This document shows, piece after piece, positions 57,711 through 64,000 of a stretch of 64,000 nucleotides of DNA. Source of the DNA: an uncultured delta proteobacterium (lineage in GTDB: Bacteria; Desulfobacterota; Desulfobacteria; Desulfobacterales; SG8-13); contig CAWKCK010000002.1 in NCBI GenBank assembly GCA_963848135.1, positions 248,001-312,000 of the forward strand, written 5' to 3'. The translations under genes and the position numbers were made by a program. The notes under the pieces were generated by a model. It ran no database searches. It had not been told where the DNA came from and saw nothing but the letters and a program-made list of their open reading frames with translations. How positions within the stretch are numbered: the stretch's first letter is position 1; each line of letters begins with the position of its first letter.

Positions 57711-58499
57711 TCACTTCAACGGCCCTTTAAACTGCGGCGGCCTCTTTTCAAGGAACGCCCGGGTTCCTTCTCGGGCATCTTCGCTGGCCATGCACAAAGC
57801 GAAGGCATCGATTTCGATGCGACAACCGGTGACAAGGTCGCTATCAACCCCGGCATTTATGGCCTCCTTCGCCGCACGCAGAGACACCTTCCCTTTGTCG
57901 GTGATGGTTCGAGCTGTTTTCAGTACCTCATTCAACAAGGTTTCAGGCGCACAGACCCGGTTAACTAAACCAATTTTCTCAGCTTCTTCCGCGCTGATCA
58001 TCTTGCCTGTGAATATCATCTCTTTGGCGCGGTTCCTGCCGATCAGTCTCGGTAAACGTTGAGTACCGCCGAAACCAGGTATAAGACCCAGACTGATCTC
58101 TGGCAAACCGAACATCGCATTGGTAGACGCATAGATGAAGTCACAGGCCAACGCCACTTCTGATCCGCCACCTAGTGCATAACCGTTAACTGCGGCGATG
58201 ACAGGGATCGGAATTTCCTGCAGGCGGTTGATAACCTCATGGCCTGCTTGAGAAAATATTTTGGCCTGTAGCGTATTGAATGTTGCCAATTCACCGATAT
58301 CGGCCCCGGCAATAAATGCTTTCTCGCCGGCCCCGGTCAAGATTAACGCCCGGATGGATTCATCCAGGGCGATCTCATCAAGTGCCTGGCCAAACTCCTT
58401 GAGCAGCGCGAGATTCAACGCGTTCATCGCCTTGGGTCGTTTGAAAGTGACGGTTGCAATTCCGGAATCGATCACCAGAATAATGTTGCTGAATTCCAT
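57711..58499 (-). CDS. crt: Enoyl-CoA hydratase/crotonase
   Basis: AFIAGADI, AAVNGYALGGG.E, FGLPE..LG.IPGFGGTQRL and AFLEKR.P.F. Confidence 0.85.
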   Translation of the reverse strand: MEFSNIILVIDSGIATVTFKRPKAMNALNLALLKEFGQALDEIALDESIRALILTGAGEKAFIAGADIGELATFNTLQAKIFSQAGHEVINRLQEIPIPVIAAVNGYALGGGSEVALACDFIYASTNAMFGLPEISLGLIPGFGGTQRLPRLIGRNRAKEMIFTGKMISAEEAEKIGLVNRVCAPETLLNEVLKTARTITDKGKVSLRAAKEAINAGVDSDLVTGCRIEIDAFALCMASEDAREGTRAFLEKRPPQFKGPLK

Positions 58500-58634
58500 G
58501 GATGCCTCCAGTTAAATTATGATGATTGGCCTGTTTCTCGATTTTCGGGACAAGTGCGCGTTCATTAAATAAAAATGGATAATGAAATGTAGTGGTTTTG
58601 TCAAATCGAAAGCCTACTGGAGCACACTGTGGCA

Positions 58635-59540
58635 TCATTCGGACTGTTTTTCACTCGCCGATGTAATGTAGATTGCCAGTAGAATCAGTCCCCCGCCGAA
58701 CAGCTTCAAAACAGTCAAACCCTCGTTAAAGAGAACGTAAGCGAGGAGTGTGCCTATAATGGGTTCTCCAAGCAGGCTTACCGCGATCAAACTCGCACTG
58801 AACCACTTCAAAGCCCAGTTGTAGCTGGAATGTCCGATCAACTGGCTGACCAGTGCCATAGCGATAAACCAGGTGTAGGTTTGGCTGGAAAAACCGCTGA
58901 TCGGCAATCCCAGGCCTAGAACCAAGGTCCACAGAAAAATAGCGGCACCGGTATAGCAAAGACCAATGTATGCCAATACGGATAATCTGCGCCGCAGGCT
59001 GCGCCCTAACAGTAAATATCCGGCCGCACAGAGGCTTCCGGCCAGTGCCAGAGCATCCCCCCACAAGGCCTTTCCGCCGCTGGCAAAATCACCGGCACCG
59101 ATGATAACTCCCCCACTGACACTGAGAAGTATGCCGACAATGACACCGGTTTTCATGCGCTCTTTCGTTATCAGCGGCGTCAGCAATCCGACCCACAGAG
59201 GATTGGTATTGACCAGTACGACACTGTTGGCGACGGAAGTATACTTCAAAGAGTAAATCCAAGTCCCGAAGTGAAGCGCAAGAAACAGCCCTGACAATAA
59301 CGCAAGACCCAGATCGCGTCTCGAGAGTGAAAGCATTTCCCGCCGCACCTTCAGCCAAGCCAACGGAGCGATAATGAGACTGGCTATCCCAACACGGTAA
59401 GCAGCAATGACCAATGCCGGGGCTTCGCTTGCCAGTCGGGCAAAAATGGCACCGGTTGACACAGCAAAAACACCCAATAGCAGTGCAAAGTGCGGGTCAA
59501 AGGCCGGCGCGGCCGGAACGGTGAGGCGTGGTTCCGTCAT
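58635..59540 (-). CDS. DMT/EamA family transporter
   Basis: About 10 TMs; LALHF..W..SL.YTSVA and LLGEPI. Confidence 0.88.
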   Translation of the reverse strand: MTEPRLTVPAAPAFDPHFALLLGVFAVSTGAIFARLASEAPALVIAAYRVGIASLIIAPLAWLKVRREMLSLSRRDLGLALLSGLFLALHFGTWIYSLKYTSVANSVVLVNTNPLWVGLLTPLITKERMKTGVIVGILLSVSGGVIIGAGDFASGGKALWGDALALAGSLCAAGYLLLGRSLRRRLSVLAYIGLCYTGAAIFLWTLVLGLGLPISGFSSQTYTWFIAMALVSQLIGHSSYNWALKWFSASLIAVSLLGEPIIGTLLAYVLFNEGLTVLKLFGGGLILLAIYITSASEKQSE

Positions 59541-59654
59541 GGACGATATGGCATGATTAATTGCCGGATGGGGTATCGATAGTTTCAGCAACCGATTCTG
59601 AGGGATACGACCGGAATCCCACCGTCCCAGCGATGCGTTGGCTGTCCGACGTCG

Positions 59655-61661
59655 TCAACTTTTGGTACCCCCATTCGGTCGTTCTTCGATAAAGGCCGTG
59701 GGATTGGTATCTTTAATATATTTCATGATGCCCTGTAAGATACCTTCACAGATACGATCCTGGTATTTCGAATTCATCAGTCGCTTACACTCGCGGGGAT
59801 TACTGATAAAGGATGTTTCGACAAGAATTGACGGCATCTGGGCACCCAACAGAACATAGAAGGGAGCCTGCTTAACACCCTTGCTTTTGATCCGAGAATA
59901 CCCTTTCCGCTGCAGATGACCGGTCATGGTATCCTGAACGGTCGTCGCAAGACGGCTTGATTCATTTATTTTGGAATAGTGCATGAGTGAAAAAAGAATC
60001 TTCTCAAGGTCGCTGATGTTGTTTGTTGATGTGGCATTTTCCATGGCCGCGACCCGCTTGGCCTCATCGTCATCGGCAAGGTTTAAAAAATAGGTCGAGA
60101 TACCGTAAGCCCGTTGATCCCTGCTGGCGTTGGTATGGATCGATATGAACAGGTCGGCATCCTTGGTATTGGCAAAAGCAGTCCGTTCTTCCAGGGTCAG
60201 ATACTGGTCCTTGGTGCGGGTCAGAATCACTTCGCACTTGAGTGCCCTTTTCAGTTTTGCGGCGAGCCGTTTTGCGATCTGCAGGGTAATGTGCTTTTCA
60301 TGGACCCCTTTGATGCAACCCGGTGCGCCATAATCTTTTCCGCCGTGCCCCGGATCGATCACAATGCGCCGGACACCAAGCGAAAGCTGTTTGGCAATGT
60401 CGCTGGTTGACCGTTTCGGATCGATTTTTATTTTGCCCTTTCCCGTTTTAGATCCGGTGGAGGTTTCGAATGTGCCATCTCCGCCTTTGATGTCCATCAC
60501 AATCCGGAACGGTTCCCTGAGTGAAAATACCTCGTAGCTCGCAAGGGACTTGATATCGACCACGACACGCACCATTTCCGGCGTGTATTGACCGGCCCGG
60601 GCGTGCCTGAGCAAATCGTCGTTTATGGGGATGATTTTATCCAGCCCTGAGCTCAGGCGGCTGTTATGTAAATCCACGTAAAGTCGTTGCGGTTTATCGG
60701 CCGACGGGTCCTTGTTGAGAAGGTGGTATTCAAATTTCGTTTCCTGATCGGCGTCGATCACAAGCCGCGTATAATTCGGATTTGACCAGAAACGCATCCC
60801 TGTAATGACAGCGGCACTCCCCGGTTGTGAATTCTTCATCTTTGAGTTCGTGTTTTTGGGTTCGACACCCACCATAACCGTGCCGTCACCGCTTATTTCC
60901 CGGATAGTCGATAGGGCCTTTGCGCTGTATTCATCCTCTGGATACTGTGTAACCACACGCTGCAAACGTTCCAATGCCTTCTGTCGATCGTCACTGTTAA
61001 ATGATCGTTGGTAGAGTTCGTAATAGATAGTGCCGGTCATATATAAACTGGCGGCGGCCCTGTCTCCGGCAGGATCTTTGAGGTACGTATTGTCAAACTT
61101 TTCGATACAGAGGAGCCAAGCGTCCCTGTACTTTTGACGCCTGGGCGTGTCGCGTAGGTTATCATAGCACGCCATGGCGCGATCAAACCCCTTTTTAATG
61201 TCGCCATCCGATTTGGTCCGTGACTTCTTTACGAGGCCGCCGGCAGAAGCGCCCTTATTCTCAACTTGAATGGCGGAAATGGCTTCCTGAGCACGGCCAG
61301 TATACTTGCTCTGGGGGAAACGCCGCAATATTTGTTCAAAGTTATTGATCGCTTCCTGGTGGTCGGTTGAACGCCCCGACTGTTTGTACAGTTTATGATA
61401 GAGTTTACCGGTCATGTAGAGTCCGGCTGCCGCCCACGGACCTTCAGGATCTTGGCGATAAACCTCTTGGAATTTACCGATGCAGTTCATCCAGTAAGAG
61501 CGGAATTTCTGTTTGGACGGATCATGGCGCAGTTTTTTGTAGCAGGCTTCGGCGCTGATATACTTTTCTCGAGGACTGCTCGTCGCACCTTGCGACAGAA
61601 GTGGCGGGTACAGTACCAACAACCCTATGATGCATAATATCGTAAGACTGTTTTTCTTCAT
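59655..61661 (-). CDS. N-acetylmuramoyl-L-alanine amidase (TPR-like repeats, AMIN and Amidase_3 domains)
   Basis: IDPGHGG.D.GA, EK, FISIH.N and LVET.FISN; duplicated N-terminal helical module; AMIN-like TRLVID. Confidence 0.92.
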   Translation of the reverse strand: MKKNSLTILCIIGLLVLYPPLLSQGATSSPREKYISAEACYKKLRHDPSKQKFRSYWMNCIGKFQEVYRQDPEGPWAAAGLYMTGKLYHKLYKQSGRSTDHQEAINNFEQILRRFPQSKYTGRAQEAISAIQVENKGASAGGLVKKSRTKSDGDIKKGFDRAMACYDNLRDTPRRQKYRDAWLLCIEKFDNTYLKDPAGDRAAASLYMTGTIYYELYQRSFNSDDRQKALERLQRVVTQYPEDEYSAKALSTIREISGDGTVMVGVEPKNTNSKMKNSQPGSAAVITGMRFWSNPNYTRLVIDADQETKFEYHLLNKDPSADKPQRLYVDLHNSRLSSGLDKIIPINDDLLRHARAGQYTPEMVRVVVDIKSLASYEVFSLREPFRIVMDIKGGDGTFETSTGSKTGKGKIKIDPKRSTSDIAKQLSLGVRRIVIDPGHGGKDYGAPGCIKGVHEKHITLQIAKRLAAKLKRALKCEVILTRTKDQYLTLEERTAFANTKDADLFISIHTNASRDQRAYGISTYFLNLADDDEAKRVAAMENATSTNNISDLEKILFSLMHYSKINESSRLATTVQDTMTGHLQRKGYSRIKSKGVKQAPFYVLLGAQMPSILVETSFISNPRECKRLMNSKYQDRICEGILQGIMKYIKDTNPTAFIEERPNGGTKS

Positions 61662-61676
61662 TCGTGCGACACTCGG

Positions 61677-64000
61677 CTATCGGGGTCCTTCTTTGGCAAG
61701 TTCACAGAGTCTGTCGAGACAGTTCAATGCGTCAACCGGGGTCATCCGCGTTATATCGATACGGTTCAACATTGCTAAAACACCACTTGCGGGGCCACGG
61801 AACAATCCCAGTTGCACCGCTTCATTCTTGGAATTCAACCGGCCGACCGGAAGCCCTGGGGACGGGGCTATAGATGAATTGCCGCTTTCAATCCCGGCCA
61901 GGACTTTTTTGGCTTTTTTCACAACCGTATTGGGGACGCCGGCAAGGCGCGCGACTTGGATGCCGTAGCTCCGGTTTGTTCCGCCTTCGACCAGTTTGCG
62001 TAAAAAAATAATCTCATCATTCCATTCCTTGACGGCAATATTGAAATTTTTGACGCGTGGTAAAAACTGCGCCAGGTCTGTCAATTCGTGATAATGGGTC
62101 GCGAAAAGGGTTTTGACACCCCTGCCTCCTCCCAAATCGTGCAAATGCTCCGCGACGGCCCAGGCAATGCTGAGCCCGTCAAAGGTGCTTGTCCCTCGGC
62201 CGATCTCATCCATTATCACAAGGCTCATACCCGTGGCGTTGTTAAGAATGTTCGCTGTTTCCTGCATTTCAACCATGAAAGTGCTCTGGCCCTGGGACAG
62301 GTTGTCGAGAGCGCCGACGCGGGTGAAAATCCTGTCTGTCAAACAAATCGAGGCTTTGCTGGCCGGCACGAAACTGCCCATATGAGCCATTAAAACAAGC
62401 AGCGCCACTTGCCGCAGCACGGTCGACTTTCCGGCCATGTTAGGGCCGGTAATTATCATCACCTGATTCTCAAAGTTGTCGAGCTGTATGCTATTGGGAA
62501 CAAATCTTTCCCCGGTGATCATTTTTTCGATGACGGGGTGACGCCCATCGGTAATGTCTATTCCGCCGTCGACATTGATAGCCGGACGGCAGTAGCCATT
62601 CTGGTCGGCAATTTCGGCCAGGTTCAATAGGCAATCCAACCGGGCAATAAAGCCGGCCGTTTTCTGTATACTGGCATTGAGGTGGATGACCTCTGTCCGC
62701 ATCTCCTGAAAAATCTCGTATTCAAGAGCCGCCCGTTGATCCTCGGCATTCAAGACCTTCGTTTCAAATTTTTTAAGCTCATCCGTAATGTATCTCTCTG
62801 CATTGACAAGGGTCTGTTTGCGGACATAATTGGGGGGGACGTTTTCAATACGTGATTTGGGCACTTCGATGAAATATCCGAACACCTTGTTGTAGCGGAC
62901 CTTTAGCGCGGAAATCCCCGTCGCTTCCCTCTCCTGTACCTCCAGTCGTGTCAACCAGCCTTTACCGTCACGGCTGATGCGCACCAGTTCATCCAGCTCG
63001 GCATGATAGCCGGTCTTGATCATCCCGCCTTCATTGACGGTCAATGGTGCATCGTCACGAATCGCAGCTTCGATTCTCTCCGCCAGATGAATATGGGGAC
63101 CCCAGTCTTGCCCCGATTCAAAAAGTGTTGCCTCGAGCTGACCGGCAAGTGACTCGATTTCCGGTAACGTTTGCAGTGAACGCTTCAGGGCCAAAAAATC
63201 TCTGGCATTACAATGTCCCATGGTGATCTTGCTGCACAGCCGCTCCATATCGGCGACTGACTTTAGAACGTTCTGTAGTTTTTTGCGAATGCCCTGAGCT
63301 TTTTTCCCCTCCGCAACGGCATCCAAACGCGTATTGATTTCAACGGCATCGATGGAGGGGTAGCGCAACCATTTTTTCAACAACCGTCCGCCCATGGCGG
63401 TCAGCGTCCGATCGAGCACGTTGAGCAAGGTACCCCGTTGCGATCCGGACCGTATGTTGCTTATCAGTTCGAGATTTCTGCAGCTCAAATCATCGATCCA
63501 CAGGTATTGATCAAGAAAATAGGTTTCAATACCACCGATATGCTGCACTGATTGTTTCTGTGTCTCCTGCACGTAAGCCAGAAGAGCACCGGCCGCCCGG
63601 ACGCCAGACCGTAAATTTTCGCATCCAAATCCTTCCAGCGATACGGTACCGAATTGCTGCAACAACCCTTCCCGGCAAGATCGATAGCCAAAGTTGGTGT
63701 CGGGCATAAAAGATAGGGACCGTTCTCCCATCGTTTCCATGAAAACGGTGAAACTTCTGTCCGTCTTCAAAGATTCGGGCAACACGATTTCACTGGGCGA
63801 TATTCTGAGGCTCTCGGCGATCACCAGGTCAAATTTTCCGGATTCAGTGAGCCGGAAAGTACCGGTTGACAGATCCAGGCTGGCCAACCCAAGAACCTCG
63901 GAATCTCGGGCTACGGCCAGAATAAAATTATGCGTCTTTTCATCCAAAAACTCGTTTTCGACAAGCATGCCCGGCGTGATCACCCGAACGACTTCCCTCT
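61677..64000 (-). CDS. mutS: DNA mismatch repair protein MutS, 5' part outside the window
   Basis: EVVRVITPG, GRHPVIE, TGPNMAGKST, STFMVEM, DEIGRGT, FATHYHE and SYGIQVARLAG. Confidence 0.98.
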   Translation of the reverse strand, partial: REVVRVITPGMLVENEFLDEKTHNFILAVARDSEVLGLASLDLSTGTFRLTESGKFDLVIAESLRISPSEIVLPESLKTDRSFTVFMETMGERSLSFMPDTNFGYRSCREGLLQQFGTVSLEGFGCENLRSGVRAAGALLAYVQETQKQSVQHIGGIETYFLDQYLWIDDLSCRNLELISNIRSGSQRGTLLNVLDRTLTAMGGRLLKKWLRYPSIDAVEINTRLDAVAEGKKAQGIRKKLQNVLKSVADMERLCSKITMGHCNARDFLALKRSLQTLPEIESLAGQLEATLFESGQDWGPHIHLAERIEAAIRDDAPLTVNEGGMIKTGYHAELDELVRISRDGKGWLTRLEVQEREATGISALKVRYNKVFGYFIEVPKSRIENVPPNYVRKQTLVNAERYITDELKKFETKVLNAEDQRAALEYEIFQEMRTEVIHLNASIQKTAGFIARLDCLLNLAEIADQNGYCRPAINVDGGIDITDGRHPVIEKMITGERFVPNSIQLDNFENQVMIITGPNMAGKSTVLRQVALLVLMAHMGSFVPASKASICLTDRIFTRVGALDNLSQGQSTFMVEMQETANILNNATGMSLVIMDEIGRGTSTFDGLSIAWAVAEHLHDLGGGRGVKTLFATHYHELTDLAQFLPRVKNFNIAVKEWNDEIIFLRKLVEGGTNRSYGIQVARLAGVPNTVVKKAKKVLAGIESGNSSIAPSPGLPVGRLNSKNEAVQLGLFRGPASGVLAMLNRIDITRMTPVDALNCLDRLCELAKEGPR

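Noticed and set aside
63981..63983. ORF-track start codon for mutS
   Set aside because: The frame continues past the window edge and the mismatch-binding N-terminal domain is missing, so the gene is only cut by the window.

Overview
Bacterial chromosomal segment. Gene content and repeat style suggest a sulfate-reducing deltaproteobacterium (Desulfobacterota/Desulfobacteraceae-like); this is an inference. In order: (1) a surface-polysaccharide cluster (asnB-type amidotransferase, 2 methyltransferases, 2 GT4, Wzx flippase, winged-helix regulator); (2) an XPF/ERCC4-type nuclease next to comEA; (3) an aromatic amino-acid operon (chorismate mutase-aroE fusion, aroA, aroK, aroC, tyrA) preceded by an unannotated leader peptide with a YFYYW run and a complete attenuator; (4) housekeeping genes (manA, PP2C/FHA, efp, trpF-like, guaA, larB, NUDIX, PilZ proteins) with intergenic palindromic repeats; (5) an AT-rich, decaying island of about 11.7 kb at tRNA-Leu(TAA), with nested IS elements and secreted FG-GAP and other proteins that share a C-terminal 'MPxIPLLLLD' tag; (6) maf-yggS-queH and an M48 protease; (7) a six-gene operon resembling a non-canonical mycothiol-like pathway, with an MshA-like GT, a PIG-L deacetylase, a GNAT, two Gfo/Idh/MocA enzymes and a peptidase-S51-like domain fused to the tRNA-binding C-terminus of CysRS; (8) crotonase, DMT transporter, amidase and partial mutS. 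The strongest novelty candidates are the operon at 50051-57083, the tri-aromatic attenuator at 15600-15744 and the shared C-terminal tag. All calls come from reading the sequence; no database searches were run.
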